The position numbers were made by a program, and so were the translations under genes. This document shows, in pieces, positions 48,498-57,014 of a stretch of DNA of 57,014 bases. This DNA comes from a virus (taxonomy: Duplodnaviria > Caudoviricetes). Position 1 is the first letter of the stretch. Each line of letters opens with the position of its first letter. Where the stretch lies: the IMG/VR virus record IMGVR_UViG_3300025430_001249, positions 1-57,014 of that record. One strand, given 5' to 3'. A model generated the notes under the pieces. That model worked only from the letters and a program-made list of their open reading frames with translations. It had not been told where the DNA came from and did no database searches.

Positions 48498-49384
48498 TGT
48501 CTGGGGTTACAGGTGCAGAACGAGTTAGGTCGAGAAATGACTTTCAACATTTTGTTAACAGTTATAAAGCACTGATAGGACAGTATCCCGGATTTTGCAG
48601 TATAGCAATATCTGGCAGCTACAATTCGAACATAAACAAGCAAGATTTTGGTGATATAGATCTTGTAACACATATCAATACAACCAAGTTAAAATCAAAG
48701 TTGAAGAAAGACTTACAGCAATTCTTTCTGCAACAACCTGAATCAATTATTGTACCGTTTAGCTCTGTAAAATATGCAGGCAGGCGCAGTTATAATTCAG
48801 GCGAAATTGTAACAGTACGATATTTTGACACTGATCTTGGATACAGTGTGCAGATTGACAACATCATTGCACTGGATACAACTGAAGCTGATTTTAAAAG
48901 AAAGTTTCTAGATTTTCCAGCAACTAAACAAGGTCTAATTCTAGGATTAGTAAAAATTGCCGCAGTTGAAACTGAACCTAACCTACTATTTGACAAGTTA
49001 GGAATTGATATCGATGCATTAGATCCAGAAGGAAATAAGTTCTATCAAGAATATGAGTTCAATCTCAGCAGTAGCGAACTACAACTACGAAAGGTAACCT
49101 ATATTGCAGGTACATTTCAACAGGATAGCAGAAGTATCCTGTGGACATCGCGCAACATGCAACATTTAGAACAGCTTCTATATCAGTATGATCTCACGCA
49201 AAACTTTGATAATCTGCTAGAAAATACCAAAATAATGTTGCATAATCCTCGTAGCTATAAACGAATTACCGGAGTGTTTACAAGCATGGTAAGTGTGAAG
49301 TCGGGAGAAGTTGGCACAAAAAAAGGCGAAGAAAAGACCCTAGCGATTGGCAAGATTTATACTGCATTTGAGGAGCATTGGTAA
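48497..49384 (+). CDS. second Pol-beta-superfamily nucleotidyltransferase-like protein
   Basis: ISGSYNS....DFGDIDLV plus VQIDNI; TAATG-coupled to the previous gene. Confidence 0.7.
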   Translation: MSGVTGAERVRSRNDFQHFVNSYKALIGQYPGFCSIAISGSYNSNINKQDFGDIDLVTHINTTKLKSKLKKDLQQFFLQQPESIIVPFSSVKYAGRRSYNSGEIVTVRYFDTDLGYSVQIDNIIALDTTEADFKRKFLDFPATKQGLILGLVKIAAVETEPNLLFDKLGIDIDALDPEGNKFYQEYEFNLSSSELQLRKVTYIAGTFQQDSRSILWTSRNMQHLEQLLYQYDLTQNFDNLLENTKIMLHNPRSYKRITGVFTSMVSVKSGEVGTKKGEEKTLAIGKIYTAFEEHW

Positions 49385-49992
49385 TGTCGAACAATGGTAA
49401 AATGGTTGTTATTTTTAGCGGAAGATTTCAACCATTCCATCGAGGGCATGCAGCTATGTATGCAGCATTGCAAGAACAGTTTTCTGATGCAGATGTTTGG
49501 ATAGCAACTACTGGTAAAGTAGCTACTGATAGCCCTTTTAATTTTGCCGAACGTAAGTATCTTGCAGAATTAATGGGTATACCAGGAAATAGAATTATGG
49601 AAGTGAAAAATCCATATATTGCTAGTGAAATACTTGCTAATTACAATAGCCAAACGGATACAGTTATTTTTGCTGTAAGTGAAAAAGATGCTGATAGACT
49701 TAAATTTGGATTGAAAAAAGACGGCTCGCCTACATATCTACAACGATATGAAACCAATCTACCAATGAAAACATTTGATACAAATACTGGACATGCATAT
49801 GTAGCAATAATGCCGGTTGTACCTTTTAAAATTGCAGGTAGTTTGATTACAAGTGCTACTGATATTCGAGCTATGTTAGTTGATGATAAATTAAAGCAAG
49901 CAGTTTTAGAAGATTTGTATGGCAATAATGCTCAGCAAGCTGCTAGCATTATTGCCACGTATTTTGAAGTTTATGCCTGCCGCACAAAATAA
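49384..49992 (+). CDS. HxGH cytidylyl/adenylyltransferase (NadM-like fold)
   Basis: FSGRFQPFHRGH, SPFNFAER, TSATDIR. Confidence 0.8.
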   Translation: MSNNGKMVVIFSGRFQPFHRGHAAMYAALQEQFSDADVWIATTGKVATDSPFNFAERKYLAELMGIPGNRIMEVKNPYIASEILANYNSQTDTVIFAVSEKDADRLKFGLKKDGSPTYLQRYETNLPMKTFDTNTGHAYVAIMPVVPFKIAGSLITSATDIRAMLVDDKLKQAVLEDLYGNNAQQAASIIATYFEVYACRTK

Positions 49993-50339
49993 TGAATTCG
50001 GTTCTTGGTGCTTCCAAAGTAGTCGGCACAACACTGAATTACGTCATCATTATTAAATTCCCGACAAGAAAAAACATCCAGATAGAAGCTGGTGTTGCCG
50101 TTGCCATCGTCTTCAACAAAATGACAACAAATATTTGAAGTTTCGATGAGCTGTACCAACGTGTAACCAGCCTTGTTACCTGTACCAAATCTAACTACTT
50201 GTGGTTCTCCAAATGCAACCATATCGATGCGTTTAACTAGATTTTTAGCAAATTCTGTAATATTTTCTCCGCTGCTTATGGCCTTCAAATCAGCTCCGGC
50301 AGCATCCAATGCTAAATGGTATCCCCAATAGTTGCTCAT
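49971..50339 (-). CDS. speD: S-adenosylmethionine decarboxylase proenzyme
   Basis: GYHL.LD, VQLIETSNI..HF autocleavage site, YLDVFSC. Confidence 0.85.
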   Translation of the reverse strand: MSNYWGYHLALDAAGADLKAISSGENITEFAKNLVKRIDMVAFGEPQVVRFGTGNKAGYTLVQLIETSNICCHFVEDDGNGNTSFYLDVFSCREFNNDDVIQCCADYFGSTKNRIHYFVRQA

Positions 50340-50446
50340 CTCATGTAGTCTCCTTTAAAAATAAGGGTTAGATGGTATTTATAATATAGCATTACAAAAG
50401 ATGCAATGCTACATAAATATCATACACCAAAAAAGGTTAAAATGCT

Positions 50447-51472
50447 ATGAAATTATTTGATTTTTTAGATCAACATCCTCTTGATAAACCTACATCAACT
50501 CCGCAGGCTCTAGCCAACAAGTACAATGTAGACGTTGACGAAGTTATACGTCAATTAGATCGAGGTGTATCGGTAGAAATGGAACATACTAGTGATCCAA
50601 AAGTTGCTAGAGAAATAGCATTAGATCATTTAGGTGAACGTTTAGATTATTATGAACAGCTGGCAAAAGTCGACGAAGAGAAGGACGACCAACCGTCACA
50701 TGCTCCATACCCGGGTCAAAGTTCCGGTAGACTGAAAAATTATATTAAACGCAAATATGGCGGTGATATATCGTGCAGAAAAGCAGGGAGTGTATTACGT
50801 GATCCAGATGCTGGCAATTTTTACAAAAAACGTGCCAAATGGTATCAAAGTCTACACTGTAGTGGTCGCCGCCAAGTAAGAGAAGAAGACGACGACGGTG
50901 CTGCGCTAACATGTTTTGATATAGACGATACATTGATGCGCACTTCTGCTACAGTTCATGTTAAAAAACCCAATGGGACATCAACAGAACTATCAGCGTC
51001 AGAGTTTAATGAATATAAGTTAAAACCTGGTGAAGAATTTGATTTTGGTCAATTCAACGACGCTAAGTTATTCCGTGCCACTAGTCAACCAATTGAAAAT
51101 TTATGGAGAACTGCACAATCTACACTCAGCAATTTAGGTAAACGTCCTGGCTCTCGTGTGGTAATTGTTACTGCGCGCAGTGATATGGATGATAAGGACG
51201 AATTTCTACAAACATTTCAAGATCATGGTCTAGATATGAGCAAAGTGCATGTATTTAGAGCAGGAAATTTAGATAAAGGCACCGGACCAGAAAAGAAAAA
51301 AACCATAATACGTAAACTTTTAAACAATGGTGAGTTTACGGAAACTCGATTATTTGATGACCACATAGAAAATCTCAAAGCTTTTCTGTCACTTAAAGAA
51401 GAATTTCCAAATATTGTATTCAAAGCATATCCCGTAGCATCAGGAAAAATTGGTCAGCCAATTATTGTGTAA
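50447..51472 (+). CDS. modular late protein: N-terminal G..VEMEH...A.EIALDHL.E..DYY domain plus C-terminal HAD phosphatase-like domain
   Basis: FDIDDTL, IVTAR, K, LFDD...NL HAD motifs; TAAATA upstream. Confidence 0.75.
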   Translation: MKLFDFLDQHPLDKPTSTPQALANKYNVDVDEVIRQLDRGVSVEMEHTSDPKVAREIALDHLGERLDYYEQLAKVDEEKDDQPSHAPYPGQSSGRLKNYIKRKYGGDISCRKAGSVLRDPDAGNFYKKRAKWYQSLHCSGRRQVREEDDDGAALTCFDIDDTLMRTSATVHVKKPNGTSTELSASEFNEYKLKPGEEFDFGQFNDAKLFRATSQPIENLWRTAQSTLSNLGKRPGSRVVIVTARSDMDDKDEFLQTFQDHGLDMSKVHVFRAGNLDKGTGPEKKKTIIRKLLNNGEFTETRLFDDHIENLKAFLSLKEEFPNIVFKAYPVASGKIGQPIIV

Positions 51473-51516
51473 TTACAACATAATCCGTTATGTTTAATCA
51501 TAATCTGAGGAATTCC

Positions 51517-52011
51517 ATGCCATTATTGATTGCACATAGAGGACTATTAAATGGTCCAAATAAAGATAAAGAAAACACGCTGTCAGCGGTTCTATCAGCT
51601 AGGCAGCTAGGGTATGATGTTGAAATTGATTTATGGTTCCAAGATGGTTATTGGTGGTTGGGACACGATAAACCTCAATACAAAATAGATTTTGATTGGC
51701 TGCGAATGATAGATAGACGAGATTATCTTGATACCCATCATTTGTGGATACATGCAAAAACCATTCAAACTTTGTATCAATTACAAAAACAGCGGTGGCA
51801 GAGTCACATATTTTTTCATGAAAACGATCCGGTCGTATTAACCAATACAGGATACCTATGGACTTATCCTGGTCAAGAATTAACACAGTTGAGTGTTTGC
51901 GTGATGCCTGAATGGACAGATGCTATATTACGTTGTAAGCAATTGAATATATATGCATTTTGTAGCGATTTCATATATGACATACAAACGTCTTTATTAG
52001 AATCTAATTAG
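51517..52011 (+). CDS. PLC-like/glycerophosphodiester phosphodiesterase-fold protein
   Basis: IAHRG, ENT, DVEIDLW, GHD, WIHAK, CSDF. Confidence 0.75.
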   Translation: MPLLIAHRGLLNGPNKDKENTLSAVLSARQLGYDVEIDLWFQDGYWWLGHDKPQYKIDFDWLRMIDRRDYLDTHHLWIHAKTIQTLYQLQKQRWQSHIFFHENDPVVLTNTGYLWTYPGQELTQLSVCVMPEWTDAILRCKQLNIYAFCSDFIYDIQTSLLESN

Positions 52012-52058
52012 GCAATCTCCGTTCTGGTAAATACTGCTGTATTGATTTAGGATGAAAA

Positions 52059-53069
52059 ATGCAAACCACCATTCTTGTAGCTGGAGTTCTTAACCAACCA
52101 TTTGGCAGCTGGCCAGCAGCTAGTACAAGCAATGACGGTGGGATTACCTGGACGTCAATTACTTCACCTTTTGCCAAAAATGACTTTTGTACAAGTTTGG
52201 CCACCGACGGTGTTACCACAGCTATAGCTAATGAACGCGGATATCTAGCCGTAACTTCAAATATGGCCAATTTTGTGCAAGTTGTTATCAACGATGGATT
52301 TGGTACAACTAATTTAGCACAAGCAAAAGACGCAACAGGTGCTGATAGGTGGCTAGCTGTTGGCAGTTACAATTATATTAATGGTTACGGTCCTTATCCA
52401 CCATTTTCTGAAGTAGCACAGATATATCTATCTACGTCAGCATCCTCTGGGTGGCAATTAGCGTGGACACATCCCAATTCAAATACAATATTCTATCAAA
52501 TAGCGTATTTTAAAAATGCACCAATTGCAGGAGTTACTCGTGCAAATGTTTGGGTTGCAGTTGGTAATAACGGTACAAATGGCGGCGATATTTGGTATAG
52601 CCTTGACTACGGATATTCTTGGGTAAATGCTGTCATTCCGACCGGAGTTGGTATAATCTATAGTGTTAACCTCTATCAATCTAATGGAATATACAATTGG
52701 TATTGGGGATGTAACGGGACTGTTTTCATTTCATCAACACTTAGATCGTCAGAATGGGCCGAGATAGGTGGTGTTAATTTTGGAGATAAAATTACAAGTA
52801 TAGTAAAAAACGATGTTGGAGAAATGATACTAAACGGTGTAAACAATTTATATATTTCCACCAACGGTCTTAATTTTACAAAATTTAACCAACCAGGATA
52901 TGTGTTTAATAATATATTGGTAGTTGCTTATAACTCTGGATATAGATGGATAGCGTTTGCTCGTAGCACTCTTACACAGTATACCATGTGGTATACTGAT
53001 AATCTCACATTGTGGATTCCGTGGAATAATGGTATAGAAGTGCAAGGTTCTGCGGCTGTTGTTAGTTAA
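52059..53069 (+). CDS. Asp-box/BNR beta-propeller protein, probably virion-associated
   Basis: SNDGGITW, SLDYGYSW, STNGLNF, TDNLTLW repeats; TAAATA upstream. Confidence 0.65.
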   Translation: MQTTILVAGVLNQPFGSWPAASTSNDGGITWTSITSPFAKNDFCTSLATDGVTTAIANERGYLAVTSNMANFVQVVINDGFGTTNLAQAKDATGADRWLAVGSYNYINGYGPYPPFSEVAQIYLSTSASSGWQLAWTHPNSNTIFYQIAYFKNAPIAGVTRANVWVAVGNNGTNGGDIWYSLDYGYSWVNAVIPTGVGIIYSVNLYQSNGIYNWYWGCNGTVFISSTLRSSEWAEIGGVNFGDKITSIVKNDVGEMILNGVNNLYISTNGLNFTKFNQPGYVFNNILVVAYNSGYRWIAFARSTLTQYTMWYTDNLTLWIPWNNGIEVQGSAAVVS

Positions 53070-53125
53070 TTGACATCATGTCTGCAAGCTAGCATGCTAG
53101 TGTTACTTTACAAAAGGAGTATATC

Positions 53126-53398
53126 ATGTCAATAGGTTCACTATCTTCTGGAGATAAGGCACGCTTACAGAGTCTTATCAACGAGGGTGTTCAAGCAATG
53201 GTTGATATTGCAGCTATGAAAGACGGTCTTAAGGAAACAATTGAAAATATTGCCGAAGAGCTAGATATCAAAAAGACAGTGCTAAACAAAGCCATTACTA
53301 TAGCATTTAAGAATAGTCAAAATAAAGACAAGTTAACTGAAAGCCGTGAAGAACTTGACGAAGTTGAACAGGTATTGATGGCTGCTGGTCGCGCATAA
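53126..53398 (+). CDS. small dsDNA-binding protein (T4 DsbA-like)
   Basis: L..LINEG......I.....GLKETI..IAEELDIK..VLNKAI..AFK; AAGGAG SD. Confidence 0.55.
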   Translation: MSIGSLSSGDKARLQSLINEGVQAMVDIAAMKDGLKETIENIAEELDIKKTVLNKAITIAFKNSQNKDKLTESREELDEVEQVLMAAGRA

Positions 53399-53404
53399 TT
53401 AAAT

Positions 53405-54406
53405 ATGACAAAATGGATATTCATAACTGGGGGCAACGGCTATATAGGTAGTCATGTTGCTGCTCAGATTAAAGATACAACTGATTATTCAGTTATGTTG
53501 ATTGACAAACGAGCTAAACAGTTACCTCATACCCAACGGTATTGCGACGTACTTATTGATGAAGATTTTGCCAGTCAAACTGTACAAGACGCTATTCAAC
53601 AATATCGTCCAGAAGTGATAGTACATCTAGCAGCTGATAGTACAGTTGGGCCGAGTATGTTGAACCCTTATGCAACATGGCAAAATAATGTGGTTAAAAC
53701 ATCTGAACTATTAGAATGTTGTGCTAAAAATTCTATCAAGAATATAATTTTTGCTAGCTCAAGTTCTGTTTATGCTGATCAAAATGTAGCTGTAGACGAA
53801 TCAAGCCCGCTTTCACCTTACAGCCCTTATGCATCTACTAAGATGGTAGGTGAAATGATGTTGAAGGATTGGTTTGGCGCGTACGGTATACGCAGTGTAA
53901 GTTTTCGATTTTTTAACGTAGCAGGTGCTCATAACAAATATGATTTGGGCGAATTAAATGGTAGCTCACATCTTTTAGCTAAAATTATGGAATCAGCAGT
54001 TCACAGCAATGATTTTACTGTGTATGGCAGAGACTGGCCAACGTTCGATAAGACTGCTATACGGGATTATACACATGTACTAGACATAGCTGATGCTATT
54101 ATTAAAGCAATAAATTGGTTACCAAATAATCCGGGGTCTCATATAATGAATCTTGGCGGCGGACAAGGATATAGTGTACAAACGGTTATTGATACTACTG
54201 AAATGTTACTTGGAAAAGAATTGCCATATCGCTATGGGCCTAGAAGAGATGGTGATTCGGCTATGCGATTCTCTAACAATGACAAAGCTTTGAAATTACT
54301 AGGATGGCACCCTTTGAGATCTATTAATGATATTATACTTGATGGATTTAAATGGTATAACAGTGCTATGTATACAGCATTGACCAGAGCTAACATAGTT
54401 TATTAA
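53405..54406 (+). CDS. galE: UDP-glucose 4-epimerase
   Basis: TGGNGYIGSH, HLAA, SSSSVY, PYASTK, RFFNVAGA, TAIRDYTHV, RRDGD. Confidence 0.88.
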   Translation: MTKWIFITGGNGYIGSHVAAQIKDTTDYSVMLIDKRAKQLPHTQRYCDVLIDEDFASQTVQDAIQQYRPEVIVHLAADSTVGPSMLNPYATWQNNVVKTSELLECCAKNSIKNIIFASSSSVYADQNVAVDESSPLSPYSPYASTKMVGEMMLKDWFGAYGIRSVSFRFFNVAGAHNKYDLGELNGSSHLLAKIMESAVHSNDFTVYGRDWPTFDKTAIRDYTHVLDIADAIIKAINWLPNNPGSHIMNLGGGQGYSVQTVIDTTEMLLGKELPYRYGPRRDGDSAMRFSNNDKALKLLGWHPLRSINDIILDGFKWYNSAMYTALTRANIVY

Positions 54407-54627
54407 AATATCATCATTTTAGACATAGTTTTGCACAACTGCTGCGGTGTAATCTTTTGAGTATTGATTTTCTTTTAACACTATTCCCTGTTAAAAGTAA
54501 CATAACAACTATGATTGTATGATATTATAAACTTTTAATGCATCAATATCAGTAAGTTGGTGTTGAATAGGAAATAGAATTTCAATAAAATTGTCGTATA
54601 ATATTAGATGACGGAGAAAAGTAACTG

Positions 54628-56859
54628 ATGTATATAGATGCATTTTTAGAACGCGAAAAAAATCAAATACTTGTTGTTGAACGTAATAAAGTTGGTAAAA
54701 GAATTTATAATCAACATACAACAAAATATTCAGTATATTGGCCTGGTGCTAGAGGTAAGGTACCAAATATATATGGTCAATTGTGTGAAAAGTTTCATTC
54801 AACTAAGCTAAAAGAATTCACTAGAGAAATCAGCATGCTGCCAAAAACCAGCTTGCACGAAAGTGATATAAATCCAATATTTCGATGTTTGTACGACAAT
54901 TATAAAAATGTTCCAAATCCTGAATTACATGTAGCATTTTTTGATATTGAAGTGGATTTTGATCCACTTCGAGGTTTTTCTAGCCCGGACGACGCATTTT
55001 CGCAGATAACAGCTATCTCAGTATATCTCAATTGGTTAGATAGAAATTTTACTATGGTAATTAAACCAAAAGCTATGTCTAAAGATGTAGCTGAGGATAT
55101 TGTGAGCAAGTTTGAAGATACTATTTTATGTGACAGTGAAAAAGAGCTGTTAGAACTTTTTCTCGGTCTTATAGACGACGTTGACATTCTAAGTGGCTGG
55201 AATAGCGAAGGGTTTGATATACCTTATATTCACAATAGAATTGTACAGATTTTGGGTAAAGAAGAAACACGTAAACTTTGTCTTTGGGGTAAATTTCCAA
55301 AAAAGAGAGAATATGAAGCATATGGTCGACTAACCACTACGTATGATCTTGTTGGGCGCGTTCATATGGATTATCTTCAATTATATCGTAAAAATACCTA
55401 TCACGAAATGCATAGTTATCGTTTAGACTTTGTGGGCGAATATGAAGTAGGTGATAAAAAAACTCACTATGAAGGCAGTTTAGATAGTCTATACAATAAT
55501 GATTTTGAAAGATTCATTGAATACAATCGCCAAGACGTAATGCTGCTGGTTAAAATTGATGCAAAGAATAAATTTATCGAACTTAGTAATAATCTTGCAC
55601 ATGAAAATTGCGTATTGTTAGCAACTACAATGGGTGCCGTTGGACTAATTGACCAAGCTATTGTTAACGAGTCTTGGGATTTAGGATTCGTTGTTCCAAA
55701 TCGCAAACACGACAATCGCAGAAGTGAGGCATCTGATGATGATGAAGATGATGTTAATATATCAGGTGTGGTAGGTGCGTATGTTGCAGATCCAAAAGAA
55801 GGAATGCATGATTGGATCGGTGGTGTTGACATCAACAGTCTATATCCTTCTGCTATTAGAGCATTGAATATGAGTCCAGAAACTGTAATAGGTCATATTA
55901 TTAGACCAGAAGCTACTGACAAATTGATATACAAGCGGATGAAAGATGAAAAGAAAAGCTTTGCAGATGCTTGGAACGGGATGTTTGGTACACTTGAATA
56001 TAATTGGGTAATAAATCAAGATCTAACACCGGTCACAGTAGATTTTGAAGATGGGTCAACATCAACGGTATCTGCTAGCGAATTGTATGATCTTGTGTTT
56101 AACAGTGGCAAAAAGTTAATGATATCAGCTAATGGTACAATTTTCAGCTGGGAAAAATCAGGCATTATTCCCGGATTGTTGGCTCGATGGTATGCTGAAC
56201 GTAAAGAACTACAAGCATTGATGCGCGAGCATGCTAAAAAAGCAGACGAAGAAACTGATCCAGATAAAAAGAAAGAATTAAAAAAGCTGGCAGACTTTTA
56301 TGACCAGCGTCAATTGATCAAGAAAATTTTGCTCAACAGTTTATATGGAGCTATTGGAAATCCAGGAAGTCGATTTTATGATCCTCGTGTAGCACAAAGC
56401 ACAACCTTAAGTGGTCGTTGTATTGTGAAGCACATGCAGAGTAAAATTAATGAAATAATTGCTGGCGATTATAATCATCTTGGTATTAGCTGCATTTACG
56501 GCGACACCGATTCTGTTGATTCTTCATCAATTATCAACACTTCAGTTGGCAAAAAAACAATAGAAGATCTATTCTTAAATGGTAATTTATTCTGGAGCGA
56601 GAGAGACAAGGAATATTCTGTTAATGATCAAATCAAATTAATTGGATATGATCATTCTTTGAAAACAGCTGATTGGAAAAATTATAATTACGTTTATCGA
56701 CATAAGGTATCCAAAAAGAAATACCAAGTTAGTACAACAGATGGCAAAAGCGTGATTGTTACTGCCGATCATTCGATCATGATACTTACCAAAGATGGAC
56801 AGCTTGTAAGCAAGAAACCTACCGAACTTTCTATCGGTGATAAGGTTATTTCGTTGTGA
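54628..56859 (+). CDS. family B DNA polymerase N-terminal part fused to intein N-half
   Basis: FDIEV, GWNSEGFD, YNRQD exonuclease motifs; DINSLYPS, KILLNSLYG, YGDTD; then intein block A SVDSSSII (from 56512) and block B VTADHS, ending in a stop. Confidence 0.93.
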   Translation: MYIDAFLEREKNQILVVERNKVGKRIYNQHTTKYSVYWPGARGKVPNIYGQLCEKFHSTKLKEFTREISMLPKTSLHESDINPIFRCLYDNYKNVPNPELHVAFFDIEVDFDPLRGFSSPDDAFSQITAISVYLNWLDRNFTMVIKPKAMSKDVAEDIVSKFEDTILCDSEKELLELFLGLIDDVDILSGWNSEGFDIPYIHNRIVQILGKEETRKLCLWGKFPKKREYEAYGRLTTTYDLVGRVHMDYLQLYRKNTYHEMHSYRLDFVGEYEVGDKKTHYEGSLDSLYNNDFERFIEYNRQDVMLLVKIDAKNKFIELSNNLAHENCVLLATTMGAVGLIDQAIVNESWDLGFVVPNRKHDNRRSEASDDDEDDVNISGVVGAYVADPKEGMHDWIGGVDINSLYPSAIRALNMSPETVIGHIIRPEATDKLIYKRMKDEKKSFADAWNGMFGTLEYNWVINQDLTPVTVDFEDGSTSTVSASELYDLVFNSGKKLMISANGTIFSWEKSGIIPGLLARWYAERKELQALMREHAKKADEETDPDKKKELKKLADFYDQRQLIKKILLNSLYGAIGNPGSRFYDPRVAQSTTLSGRCIVKHMQSKINEIIAGDYNHLGISCIYGDTDSVDSSSIINTSVGKKTIEDLFLNGNLFWSERDKEYSVNDQIKLIGYDHSLKTADWKNYNYVYRHKVSKKKYQVSTTDGKSVIVTADHSIMILTKDGQLVSKKPTELSIGDKVISL

Positions 56860-56870
56860 ATCATAACACG

Positions 56871-56905
56871 GCTTCTATTGTGAATAAATAACTCATAATA
56901 GGAGC
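56871..56905 (+). promoter_or_regulatory. 13-bp SD-sequestering hairpin with late promoter in its loop
   Basis: GCTTCTATTGTGA-ataaataac-TCATAATAGGAGC. Confidence 0.75.
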
Positions 56906-56912
56906 GCATAAT

Positions 56913-57014
56913 ATGCCAAAGAAAATTGATAATATCACCGATGTAATAAACTCAGCTAGGTTTAGAGCGGCTACAAATCAACGATCATATTCTCAATCTG
57001 AGATAGAAAAAATA
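56913..57014 (+). CDS. 5' end of ORF interrupting polB, probably a homing endonuclease (partial)
   Basis: MPKKIDNITDVINSARFRAATNQRSYSQSEIEK open to the window end; function inferred only from context. Confidence 0.5.
   Translation, partial: MPKKIDNITDVINSARFRAATNQRSYSQSEIEKI

Noticed and set aside
1-57014. Stop-codon reassignment, as in some huge phages
   Set aside because: Standard code 11 gives full-length genes at high density, and TAA, TGA and TAG all terminate recognisable proteins.
1-57014. Bacterial chromosome origin (rpoD, galE, dadA, purD-like, sod)
   Set aside because: T4-like PolB, ATP-dependent ligase, spanins, homing endonucleases and TATAAATA promoters indicate a phage; the host-like genes are isolated captures.

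Overview
AT-rich, gene-dense segment of a large (jumbo/T4-like) tailed bacteriophage, probably of an alphaproteobacterium (inferred from the RpoD non-conserved region, the HemO/PcyX-type bilin cassette and TTGAC...GCTA promoters). It contains: (i) host-takeover genes, including a region-1.1-less RpoD sigma factor, phosphatases, SOD and an Hc1-like protein; (ii) a ~19 kb cluster of modification enzymes (three radical SAMs, about five 2OG-Fe(II)/cupin oxygenases, sugar C-methyltransferase, epimerase, GNAT, two fatty-acid desaturases, sulfotransferase-like protein, PurD-like ATP-grasp); (iii) a holin/spanin lysis module, a secreted nuclease, collagen-like proteins and a sedolisin; (iv) heme oxygenase plus bilin reductase, a vWA gene pair, and a ~450 nt highly structured non-coding element with its own candidate promoter; (v) an ATP-dependent DNA ligase fractured by a split intein around a free-standing endonuclease, and a PolB that ends in an N-intein and is probably fractured the same way, with hairpins that carry a late promoter in the loop and mask the RBS of the following ORF; (vi) tandem nucleotidyltransferases plus an HxGH transferase, SpeD, UvdE, DadA and GalE. 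All calls come from reading motifs by eye; no searches or folding programs were run.
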